DNA of 44,993 bases from a virus (lineage: Duplodnaviria > Caudoviricetes). A model generated the notes under the pieces. That model worked only from the letters and a program-made list of their open reading frames with translations, was not told where the DNA came from and searched no databases. Shown piece after piece: positions 37,538 to 44,993 of this stretch (position 1 is its first letter; every line of letters begins with the position of its first letter). The translations under genes were made by a program, and so were the position numbers. The stretch is from positions 1 to 44,993 of IMG/VR virus record IMGVR_UViG_3300027753_000001. One strand, 5' to 3'.

Positions 37538-37920
37538 TGTACTAATTCAAAGTCGAAGTCTATAAAAACCATTTCTACTCCTGTTTTAGGGTTAGTTATT
37601 AGTTTCTTTTCACCTGTTATTTTAACTTTGTCACCTATACCACCTACTTTTTCAAAGACTTTGTAATGTCTTTCTTTTAGGAAGAAACTTACTTCTTCTC
37701 CTTCGTATAGGGCTCTGATTAGGTAGCTGATTCCGTACTGCGTAGTTATTTCTTTTCCGTCAGCAAAGATTTTTTCAACGATGATGCTTTCTCCGTCGTC
37801 TATTCCTCTTTGTTCTATGATTTTCTTACCGTTTTCTAGTACGAGTTTGCCATTTGTTTTTTTGTATTTGTGTGCTAAGCTTATGTTTCTGTATTGTCCG
37901 TTTGTTACTATATCTACCAT
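37534..37920 (-). CDS. putative OB-fold ssDNA-binding protein
   Basis: Beta-rich, TTQYGISY, IGDKVKIT; first gene of the replication operon. Confidence 0.5.
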   Translation of the reverse strand: MVDIVTNGQYRNISLAHKYKKTNGKLVLENGKKIIEQRGIDDGESIIVEKIFADGKEITTQYGISYLIRALYEGEEVSFFLKERHYKVFEKVGGIGDKVKITGEKKLITNPKTGVEMVFIDFDFELVQ

Positions 37921-37956
37921 TCTATTTTTCTCCTTATATTTTTATGATTAAAAAAA

Positions 37957-38076
37957 TTATCCCCCACTTTTAAATAATAATGTTGAGTACCCCATGTACT
38001 CACTCTATTTGACTGTAACGAATAGATATCCGTAGCTCAGCCCCAATAAATAGGTTGTCCGCTAGGTGGGGGCTAA
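37957..38076. ncRNA. candidate structured RNA or ssDNA element (closing stem plus three hairpins)
   Basis: CCCCCAC/GTGGGGG closes TGAGTAC/GTACTCA, TCTATTTG/CGAATAGA and TAGC..CAGCC/GGTTG..GCTA; GC-rich island in an intergenic gap. Confidence 0.55.
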
Positions 38077-38102
38077 ATTTAGTTTTTTGTTGTCTAGGAC
38101 TA

Positions 38103-38390
38103 TTAGTCTTTCTTACTAAAGTTTAGTAAGGCTGCATCAGTTGATTTAATTAATAAGTCAATAGTTTCAATGTTTTCTTGTAAGTTAGCATCAAAGTTAG
38201 CTAAGTCTTCTTCTGCATCATCTATTTTTCTATTAATAATTACGATAGTGTCATCTCTTTGTCTTATTAAGTCCTTTATAGCTTTTTCTTTTGCTAACCT
38301 GTCATCTTTTAGATTATTTTTATTTTCTATTAAGGATCTTTTCTTGTTCTCTAACTCTAGTACTACTTCGTATCTGCTTTTTACGTTCAT
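38103..38390 (-). CDS. coiled-coil hypothetical protein
   Basis: 95 aa heptad pattern. Confidence 0.7.
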   Translation of the reverse strand: MNVKSRYEVVLELENKKRSLIENKNNLKDDRLAKEKAIKDLIRQRDDTIVIINRKIDDAEEDLANFDANLQENIETIDLLIKSTDAALLNFSKKD

Positions 38391-38402
38391 TTTATTTTTC
38401 TC

Positions 38403-38594
38403 CTAAATATTTTTTTGCATTGTTTTTAACTTTGAGTATTCTAGTGCTTCATCACTAAGGTTCTTGTTTAGTCTTAGTAGTTCTGCGTAGTCGTATTCGC
38501 TTAAGCTTCCATATTCTTCTTCTACTTCTATTTTTGTGGTTGCACTTACGCTTTTTGCTAGTTCGTTAAATTCAATCTTTGTTTTTATAATCAT
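38403..38594 (-). CDS. hypothetical protein
   Basis: 63 aa; GAGGT RBS; follows promoter. Confidence 0.65.
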   Translation of the reverse strand: MIIKTKIEFNELAKSVSATTKIEVEEEYGSLSEYDYAELLRLNKNLSDEALEYSKLKTMQKNI

Positions 38595-38628
38595 TATTTT
38601 TTACCTCGTATTATGTTAGTATTTGTTT

Positions 38629-38648
38629 TAGTATTTAAATATTGTTAT
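38629..38648 (-). promoter_or_regulatory. TATA promoter, exact 20-bp copy of 42535-42554
   Basis: Plus strand TAGTATTTAAATATTGTTAT at both sites. Confidence 0.78.
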
Positions 38649-38681
38649 TCTTTAGTATATATGTTGTAGGTATGAGTAGTT

Positions 38682-38978
38682 TCATTTTAGCCTCATTACT
38701 CCTTTATCATACACAAGTATTCCATTAACATTCAAACCTGGGAATGCTCTTTTAAATCTGTTAAATTGTGTCTGTGCTTTATTGTAACTCTTAATGTGAA
38801 GGGTGGATTTAACCTCGTAGAAATGATACATTTTGTATTTAGAATCATAGGCTAATAAATCTATTTCTCCTATTAATCCATTTCTTTGGTATTCCATTTT
38901 TGGTTGGATCCAGTCATATCTTTCGTAGTTGTTTAGTCTTTGTTCTAAGTTGTGTAGTATTATGTCGTGTTTAATCAT
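38682..38978 (-). CDS. small PD-(D/E)xK nuclease (YraN-like)
   Basis: GEIDLLA...FYEVKS...KAQTQ. Confidence 0.75.
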   Translation of the reverse strand: MIKHDIILHNLEQRLNNYERYDWIQPKMEYQRNGLIGEIDLLAYDSKYKMYHFYEVKSTLHIKSYNKAQTQFNRFKRAFPGLNVNGILVYDKGVMRLK

Positions 38979-39003
38979 CTTATTTCAACTCCAATTATTA
39001 TAG

Positions 39004-39504
39004 TTATCCATGTGTTATTATACCTATCTCTGAATCTTTCCAGTTTTCATATATTTTTACAAGACAAAAATAGTCAAGAAGAAACAAACCATCTTCACTA
39101 ATGTTCTCATTAAATTTTATGAGATTTTTAAAATAATTACTTAAATAACAAAAGTGTACGTTTAAACTAGATATTTCTCTGACATCAATATCCTCTTTAC
39201 TTTTTATCTTACTTAACATTAATTCTTTTTCTTTAAAATCCTCCATTAGAAACTTCTTATAATAATCTAAAATTTTTTGAAAATCTTCCTTAGTAACTAT
39301 ATAAGGTGGATATTCTTCATTTTCATAACCTTTTACTATATTAAATTGTCTGATGTCTGTTTGGTTGTTTAATTCAGTCTTTCTAGAATTATAAAAGAAA
39401 CTCAACTTTTCATCAAAGTCTTCGTTGGTGTCCGTAAATTCTTTCTTTAAATGTTCTTGTAAATCATTTTTTTCTACTAGTCCAACGTATATTCTATATC
39501 CCAT
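39004..39504 (-). CDS. hypothetical protein
   Basis: 166 aa ORF. Confidence 0.7.
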   Translation of the reverse strand: MGYRIYVGLVEKNDLQEHLKKEFTDTNEDFDEKLSFFYNSRKTELNNQTDIRQFNIVKGYENEEYPPYIVTKEDFQKILDYYKKFLMEDFKEKELMLSKIKSKEDIDVREISSLNVHFCYLSNYFKNLIKFNENISEDGLFLLDYFCLVKIYENWKDSEIGIITHG

Positions 39505-39506
39505 AT

Positions 39507-39779
39507 TTATAACCCCAACTTCTCTTTTAATAAAGTAGCAAAAGCTCTTATACCACTATGTGTTTCTCCTAACTGTTCTTGACATTCATCAATTATTCGT
39601 ATTATTTTGTCTTTGCTAATGCAATTGTTAGTGTAGTGGTTTAATAGTGACTTAGTTATGATTGTGTCGTCTTCGTTTAACCATTCACAATGAACACCGC
39701 CCTCGTCTTCTTCATAGTCTGGGTTTGAGTGCATTAATTCAACCATTTCTTTGTTCCACATATCTGGATTAACTTTCAT
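39507..39779 (-). CDS. hypothetical protein
   Basis: 90 aa; AAGGAG RBS. Confidence 0.65.
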   Translation of the reverse strand: MKVNPDMWNKEMVELMHSNPDYEEDEGGVHCEWLNEDDTIITKSLLNHYTNNCISKDKIIRIIDECQEQLGETHSGIRAFATLLKEKLGL

Positions 39780-39909
39780 TTTCTTCTCCTTAAAGCTTCT
39801 TCACACTCTTCAATAGTCATAACATAGCAACCTATCGCATTAGGTTTAGCAATTCCATCAGGTTGCACGACGAAACCTTTACTGTAATCAATAGCATACT
39901 CACTCCAAA

Positions 39910-40188
39910 TCATTTGTCACTCCAAGTAAACCTTCTCATAATATCATAATTCAAATAATCAAGCCTAGCATTACTATCATAAAACAAGTCAAGTTGCTCA
40001 TTCTTCCTAGGTGGTCTAATACCACTTAAACTCTTACTATAAAATTGAGGGAACACTTCATCTCTTATAAATAGTTGATAAGCCCTATCATTATTCCTTG
40101 CTTTATACAAGTAGTAGTCGTTGTTGTGCGAAACATACTCATAATTATCTTTCAATATTTCTCTTTCTGTATATAATTCATTATTCAT
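39910..40188 (-). CDS. hypothetical protein
   Basis: 92 aa; GAGGT RBS. Confidence 0.65.
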   Translation of the reverse strand: MNNELYTEREILKDNYEYVSHNNDYYLYKARNNDRAYQLFIRDEVFPQFYSKSLSGIRPPRKNEQLDLFYDSNARLDYLNYDIMRRFTWSDK

Positions 40189-40189
40189 T

Positions 40190-40723
40190 TTATAATAACC
40201 TCTTTAGTTCTCCTAAATTATTAATACAAGTACTACTCCTAGTAAGTTGATAATCAACATTGTAAGGCTGCTTATAACATATAGGTAAACCACTACTAAA
40301 ACGATTAAGGTTAATAGTAGCATCATCTACTAATATATCGCCTTTAAATAAACCTTTATCCTTAGTGATCATTATTCCATCATAAGGTATTTTGTGATTA
40401 TTAAGCCATTTAATAGTTAAATCCTCTAGTCCTCTTGGTTGGTTAGTGACGATAACCATCTCGTGACCTGCTTCTTTTAACTCATGCATATAATAAGCTG
40501 AATTAATATACATTTTACTGTTAAGAAATAAGTCTTCTCCGTGCTCATAATAAAATTCAGGCGTTTTTATTCCTTTAAATGTTTGTCTTAAATCCCAATG
40601 AGTTATATCTCTTGGTTGTAATCTTGTCTTGTATTCTTTATTCCATATATTACATATTGCTTGGGGGAAATCTCTTAGTACACCATCAACGTCAATGCCT
40701 ATTAGTTTATTCATTATAATCAC
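40190..40723 (-). CDS. 5'(3')-deoxyribonucleotidase, HAD superfamily
   Basis: IDVDGVLRDF, IVT, ILVDD, YKQPYN; likely start at MNKLIG. Confidence 0.88.
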   Translation of the reverse strand: MIIMNKLIGIDVDGVLRDFPQAICNIWNKEYKTRLQPRDITHWDLRQTFKGIKTPEFYYEHGEDLFLNSKMYINSAYYMHELKEAGHEMVIVTNQPRGLEDLTIKWLNNHKIPYDGIMITKDKGLFKGDILVDDATINLNRFSSGLPICYKQPYNVDYQLTRSSTCINNLGELKRLL

Positions 40724-40907
40724 CTTTAAATAATACTTTCTTATTAACTCTGATATTAACTACTCTGACATCACCAACACCTCTAGCATAATCCACTGCT
40801 TCATTATAGTCTTCGAATAAAGCAGGGAAGAACACTAATTTAGGCTCCATACATATTTTGTGTGTTATTAATGTTTCTTTATGGAGCACACCGTATAGTT
40901 TAGTCAT
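40707..40907 (-). CDS. hypothetical protein
   Basis: 66 aa in operon. Confidence 0.6.
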   Translation of the reverse strand: MTKLYGVLHKETLITHKICMEPKLVFFPALFEDYNEAVDYARGVGDVRVVNIRVNKKVLFKGDYNE

Positions 40908-40909
40908 TA

Positions 40910-41335
40910 TTACACCTTGTTTCTTGGGACTAGTTTATACCAGTATTCAAAACTGCAATCATAAATAATTATATCAGTATTATATTCTACAAACGCATAG
41001 TTTGAGTCATCTAATATTTTACACATCTGCCTTTTACAACTAAAATCATAATCTAAGTCATCTGTGCGGTAAGCTGTATCTCTTGGTTTTAAATCTTCTC
41101 TTCTACAAGGAACCCAAACAAAGTCTTCTCTGCTATCAGACACCATACCACAGGTTGAACAAACAACATAAAGCTTAGTTACACAGTTTATATAAAGTAA
41201 TTGCCTATGCTTGTTAAACAAAATATCTCCACTAGCATCTATTGGTGTAACACAATCATAATATTCTACTTTACTTAGTTTCTCAACATACTGTTTTAAT
41301 TCTTCTATTTTCTTTAATGCTTCTTGTTTATTCAT
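40910..41335 (-). CDS. hypothetical protein
   Basis: Start moved to MNKQEALKKIEELK at 41335. Confidence 0.68.
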   Translation of the reverse strand: MNKQEALKKIEELKQYVEKLSKVEYYDCVTPIDASGDILFNKHRQLLYINCVTKLYVVCSTCGMVSDSREDFVWVPCRREDLKPRDTAYRTDDLDYDFSCKRQMCKILDDSNYAFVEYNTDIIIYDCSFEYWYKLVPRNKV

Positions 41336-41336
41336 A

Positions 41337-41501
41337 TTATTTATCCTCATAGAACACTATTAAAGTGTAAACTAACGCTCCGCTACCTTGCATATAAGTA
41401 ACGTGGCTCTGAGTAAACTTAACCTTATTCTCAGCATCAAACTTATTAGCCATAAACTCTAAATCTTCTAAACTATTGCTCTGTAATGTTTTTATTTTCA
41501 T
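41337..41501 (-). CDS. small protein, Cse60/DUF2758-like (54 aa)
   Basis: MKIKTLQSNSLEDLEFMANKF...YTLIVFYE; hand translated; GAGGA RBS. Confidence 0.6.
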   Translation of the reverse strand: MKIKTLQSNSLEDLEFMANKFDAENKVKFTQSHVTYMQGSGALVYTLIVFYEDK

Positions 41502-41512
41502 ATTATTTCCTC

Positions 41513-42196
41513 TTATTGTATAAGTGTTAATGGGGTTTTACCATCCCATTTCTGAGCTACAATGTATTTGAAGTAGCTATCAGCATCAATGTTTCTTAAG
41601 TTGTTACTTATTAATTTAAGATTCTCTTCTTGTTTTATTATTATATCTCTCTCAATAGTAACCTGAGCCTTTTGTTCTAAAACAGCAGTGAAGCTATCAC
41701 TAAATACTACATTAGCAATAGTAACGTCATTAATAGTGAAGTAGTTTAACTCATTGATACTATTAACTTCTTTTAATAACTCATTTTTTATAACTTCTCT
41801 TTTAAATATGAAGTCTTCAGCGTCATATTTTAAAACAGTTATCTTAGCCCTTTCCTGAACTTTATTAACTAAGTAGTCTTCATACACTTCTTCACTCCTA
41901 TAGTTCTCTATGTAATCCCTTACTTTATCTTTCTTAATTCTAATATTTAAGTTTATTTTTAAGTTAACTTGTTGTAAGTCTTTACTTGAAGCATCAACAT
42001 CAATGTTATAGCTTCTTATTTGGTTATTCACTTTAACTAAGTAACCTAAGCCAACATAGTTCCATCCTGCATCCTTTAAATCATACTTTAATTTACCAAA
42101 CTCCTTTTCGTAAGCATATTGGTCAAAGCCTACTACGTTGTAACATCCACTTATTAATGTTAGTGACATTAATAATACATATACTATTATTTTCAT
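41513..42196 (-). CDS. SPFH / band 7 (prohibitin-like) membrane protein
   Basis: N-terminal hydrophobic segment, ASSKDLQQV, VVFSDSF..VLEQK, QKWDGKTP. Confidence 0.85.
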   Translation of the reverse strand: MKIIVYVLLMSLTLISGCYNVVGFDQYAYEKEFGKLKYDLKDAGWNYVGLGYLVKVNNQIRSYNIDVDASSKDLQQVNLKINLNIRIKKDKVRDYIENYRSEEVYEDYLVNKVQERAKITVLKYDAEDFIFKREVIKNELLKEVNSINELNYFTINDVTIANVVFSDSFTAVLEQKAQVTIERDIIIKQEENLKLISNNLRNIDADSYFKYIVAQKWDGKTPLTLIQ

Positions 42197-42208
42197 CTTA
42201 ATTTCCTC

Positions 42209-42508
42209 CTATTTTAATTTCCAGCCATAACTAAAAACAAATAATTCAGCTAGTCTACGGTTAAATGCTTCACTTGTGTCTGATGGCTTGGCACTGATTA
42301 ACCTTCTAAAGTTAATGTCTTTTATTAGTTTGGTTGTTAACCACTTAGTGAAGTTCTCTTGTTGTTTCTCAGTCCAACTGTGTTTACTGAACCATTGAAG
42401 TTGTGTGGTGTCTACTTCTTCTGGTTTTAGTGGTGTTCCGTCCTTCTTAGTTATGTAACTACATGATTTTTTTAGGATCTTATTTGCTGTTTTTGTTGTG
42501 TTGTCCAT
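42209..42508 (-). CDS. hypothetical protein
   Basis: WFSKHSWTEKQQENFTKWL...YGWKLK; leaderless after promoter. Confidence 0.72.
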   Translation of the reverse strand: MDNTTKTANKILKKSCSYITKKDGTPLKPEEVDTTQLQWFSKHSWTEKQQENFTKWLTTKLIKDINFRRLISAKPSDTSEAFNRRLAELFVFSYGWKLK

Positions 42509-42533
42509 TTTCTTATAAACTTATTAAACAGGT

Positions 42534-42602
42534 CTAGTATTTAAATATTGTTATCTTGTAGAATATAATTAACTACGGTAAATCGAAACATTTAAATACT
42601 AG
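42534..42602. promoter_or_regulatory. divergent pair of TATA promoters
   Basis: Inverted CTAGTATTTAAAT (42534-42546) and ATTTAAATACTAG (42590-42602); the + copy has CGAAAC BRE. Confidence 0.72.
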
Positions 42603-42739
42603 TTCTAATATACTACTTGTTATAAGGGCTAAAAAAGGAGTTAAAGGTATAGCATTTTACTATTAACACAAAAAACAGTTATTTCTTAGTGACAACTATA
42701 TTAAATTATTTAATTTTTGCTTAAAAGTTTTAAGCGACG

Positions 42740-42890
42740 CCGTAATATTATATATATATATTATATATAACTATAATTATAAATATATAGTTATTATACT
42801 TAATATATAGATATACCTTAATATCCTAATAAGCCCTTATATATATTATAATATACTTACATATTTATAGTTGTAAGTATATATAGTGTG
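42740..42890. repeat. second AT-rich low-complexity tract
   Basis: (TA)n-rich, ORF-free. Confidence 0.8.
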
Positions 42891-42967
42891 TTATTGGTTT
42901 TAGTTATATGTTTTGTATTTTGTATTATTGGTTTATTATTGTTTGCCACAATTAATTTTTAGGCGGT

Positions 42968-43050
42968 TTAAATGCGATTCTAGGCACTTTTGTTATGTTA
43001 GTAGAGTAATTAGTCATTATAGGTGTTTATGTGTCTTAAATCGCGTTTAA
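42968..43050. repeat. imperfect 20-bp inverted repeat with 43-nt spacer
   Basis: TTAAATGCGATTCTAGGCAC / GTGTCTTAAATCGCGTTTAA, 16 of 20 Watson-Crick plus two G-T on the + strand. Confidence 0.65.
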
Positions 43051-43328
43051 TAGAGTTCTAGTGTTTGTATCCATTTTATTGTTTCTTGTATGCTTAGTTG
43101 CATTTCTATCATTGCTCTATACATTGGCATTATTATGTATCCTAGTTCTTGGTATCTTATGTGTTGTTGGTGTATGTAGGATCCGTATTTGGTTATTATG
43201 TTTCTTATTTGTTGTTTGCTTCTGTTTGTTTTTTGTTCTAGTTCTTTTGTTGTTATTAGTGGTTTGTTTATTATTGCTGTTAGTATTTGTTCTTCTATGG
43301 GTGTTATGTGATCTTTTGTGTTATTCAT
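43047..43328 (-). CDS. winged HTH DNA-binding protein
   Basis: EEQILTAIINKPLITTKELEQKTNRSKQQIRNII. Confidence 0.65.
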   Translation of the reverse strand: MNNTKDHITPIEEQILTAIINKPLITTKELEQKTNRSKQQIRNIITKYGSYIHQQHIRYQELGYIIMPMYRAMIEMQLSIQETIKWIQTLELY

Positions 43329-43354
43329 ATTTTTCTCCTTGTTTTTGTGAACGT

Positions 43355-43960
43355 TTATTGCACATTATTTGCACATTTTGGTTTTAGTATGTTTTCGTTG
43401 TTCTTTTTTGTGTCTTCTTTCTTTATGTATTTGGTTTCTATTTTAAGCCATTTTAGTCCTTTGTAGATTAGGCTTTCTTGTGGTTGTAGGTTTAGTATTG
43501 TGCTTCCTTTTTCGTGTCCTATGTAGCTGTTTAGGGCTGATTTGTGTCTGCTTCCGTTTATGAAGTCTTTTAGTGTGCTTTTCTTGTAGATTATGTATTC
43601 GCATTTGCTACTTATGAATTTTTTGAAGTTTTCTGGTAGTCCTATTAGTATTATTATGTTGTTGTTGTGGTGTGTTAGTCTTAGGGTGTTCTCTATTTGT
43701 TTTACTTTTTTTCTGTCGTCTAGATCGAATAGTTCGATGAATTCGTCTATTATTATTATGCTGTTCTGTATTTGTTCTAGTTCTTCTAGGCTGTGTATTG
43801 GTTCTCCTATTCCTGCTTTGAAGCTGTGTGTGTTTGTTTGGTATTCTTTGTTTATTTCGTTTATTATGCTGTGTATTGTGTTGGTTTTTCCTGTGTTTGT
43901 ATCGCCTACTATGCTTATGATTGTTGGTTTGTTTAAGATGGTTATTATTTCTTGGTTCAT
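43355..43960 (-). CDS. P-loop ATPase
   Basis: GDTNTGKT, IIIIDE. Confidence 0.8.
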   Translation of the reverse strand: MNQEIITILNKPTIISIVGDTNTGKTNTIHSIINEINKEYQTNTHSFKAGIGEPIHSLEELEQIQNSIIIIDEFIELFDLDDRKKVKQIENTLRLTHHNNNIIILIGLPENFKKFISSKCEYIIYKKSTLKDFINGSRHKSALNSYIGHEKGSTILNLQPQESLIYKGLKWLKIETKYIKKEDTKKNNENILKPKCANNVQ

Positions 43961-43961
43961 A

Positions 43962-44153
43962 TTAATTACCTCTGTAATACTTTTTTAGTTGTTCTTTACT
44001 TGTTGTAGTATGTCCAATTATTCTTCCATCACATAGTATTATTTGTGTTATGTAGTCGTTGTTTTCATGTGTGGTTATTCTTGTAATGTTACATTTTGTT
44101 TTTCTTTTGTATGGTTTTAAGTCACCATGATCTCCTAACATTTCTTGGTTCAT
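43962..44153 (-). CDS. hypothetical protein
   Basis: 63 aa in operon. Confidence 0.55.
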   Translation of the reverse strand: MNQEMLGDHGDLKPYKRKTKCNITRITTHENNDYITQIILCDGRIIGHTTTSKEQLKKYYRGN

Positions 44154-44171
44154 TTTATTAAAGGGGGTTAC

Positions 44172-44369
44172 CTAAAAAGGTAACTGTTTTTCTTCGTTGT
44201 CGTTAATCCAAAGACTTACTCCGTCAAAACTTTTAAAGTCGGGTCTGTTATTATTTCCTTCTTTGTCGTTTAGTTTTAGTTGTAGTTTTGTTGGTTCTTT
44301 TCGTATTGCGTTTGCTAGTATTTTTCCTAGTAGTTGTTCGCTGTTTATTTCTATTGTTGCTGTTTTCAT
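44172..44369 (-). CDS. small protein, DUF736-like PDF motif (possible ssDNA binding)
   Basis: NNNRPDFKSFDGVSLWIN and SSB-like tail EEKQLPF. Confidence 0.55.
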   Translation of the reverse strand: MKTATIEINSEQLLGKILANAIRKEPTKLQLKLNDKEGNNNRPDFKSFDGVSLWINDNEEKQLPF

Positions 44370-44993
44370 TTGTTTTCTTCCTCCATTAGTTTGTTGTTTT
44401 TAAACCAATACCAGTGGTTTGGTTTTATTGTTTTTCCTTTTATTTTTTTGCCTACTTGTTGGCTTTTAACTTCTTTAAGCACCCATTCACCATTTTTTTT
44501 AATCCAGTTGCTTATTGTTATGAATCCATTTTCTGCTTTTGCTTTACTTTTAATTCCTACTGCTATACTAATGCTGTTTTTGCCTGTTGTTGAGCTGTGA
44601 GCATCTTGTCCTGTTGTTGAGCTGTGAGCACCGTGTCCTGTTGTTGAGCTTTGAGCACCATATCCTGTTGCTGAGCTGTGAGCACCACGTCCTGTTGTTG
44701 AGCTGTAAACACAACAACCTGTTGTTGAGCTGTGAGCACCGTGTCCTGTTGTTGAGCTGTGAGCACCGTGTCCTGTTGTTGAGCTGTGAGCACCGTGTTC
44801 TGTTGTTGAGCTGTGAGAATCTTCTCCTGTTGTTGAGCTGTGAGCATATTCTCCTGTTGTTGAGCTGTGAGCACCGTGTCCTGTTGTTGAGCTGTGAGCA
44901 CCGTGTCCTGTTGTTGAGCTGTGAGCACCGTGTCCTGTTGTTGAGCTGTGAGCACCGTGTCCTGTTGTTGAGCTGTGAGCACCGTGTCCTGTT
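44366..44993 (-). CDS. C-terminal part of the junction-spanning repeat protein
   Basis: (TTGHGAHSS)n then TTGKNSISIAVGIKSKAKAENGFITISNW...IKPNHWYWFKNNKLMEEENK*; stop overlaps next ATG (ATGA). Confidence 0.88.
   Translation of the reverse strand, partial: TGHGAHSSTTGHGAHSSTTGHGAHSSTTGHGAHSSTTGHGAHSSTTGEYAHSSTTGEDSHSSTTEHGAHSSTTGHGAHSSTTGHGAHSSTTGCCVYSSTTGRGAHSSATGYGAQSSTTGHGAHSSTTGQDAHSSTTGKNSISIAVGIKSKAKAENGFITISNWIKKNGEWVLKEVKSQQVGKKIKGKTIKPNHWYWFKNNKLMEEENK
44585..44993. repeat. 27-bp tandem repeat, right part (15 units plus 4 nt)
   Basis: Last 5 units perfect; inner units vary mostly at two codons. Confidence 0.97.

Noticed and set aside
43061-44600. Hydrophobic + strand ORFs in the early region and other short antisense ORFs
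   Set aside because: Shadows of A-rich minus-strand genes with recognisable motifs
44563-44982. Track ORF of (VLTAQQQDT)n
   Set aside because: Alternative frame of the repeat; the TTGHGAHSS frame connects to globular N and C domains and couples to the next gene
44585-44993. CRISPR array, DGR or telomere interpretation of the 27-bp repeat
   Set aside because: No unique spacers, unit is a multiple of 3 inside a CDS, no cas or reverse transcriptase genes

Overview
The window looks like a near-complete, circularly permuted ~45 kb low-GC genome of a tailed dsDNA virus (siphovirus-like). The contig is broken inside a 27-bp coding tandem repeat found at both ends. The + strand (2.4-25.9 kb) carries packaging and morphogenesis genes: terminase, portal, ChaB-protease, two glycosyltransferase-like genes, scaffold, capsid, neck, tail tube, short tape measure, baseplate, LamG protein, fibre and a permuted papain-like amidase. 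The - strand (25.9-45 kb plus 1-1.8 kb) carries replication, nucleotide/RNA metabolism and small early genes: family A DNA polymerase, MCM-like helicase, AEP primase, putative SSB, nucleases, RtcB, tRNA-Ser(GCT), phosphoesterases, a kinase and SPFH. Repeated BRE+TATA promoters, several apparently leaderless genes, GGTGA ribosome-binding sites and a CCA-less tRNA point to an archaeal host (DPANN is an inference), which makes the PolA unexpected. The most notable unexplained features are the hybrid replisome, a sawtooth strand-composition pattern that seems to reset near promoters, a multi-stem structured element upstream of the replication genes, and a promoter firing into an ORF-free AT-rich origin-like region. 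No integrase, CRISPR array or reverse transcriptase was seen. All protein calls come from motif recognition by eye, not database searches.
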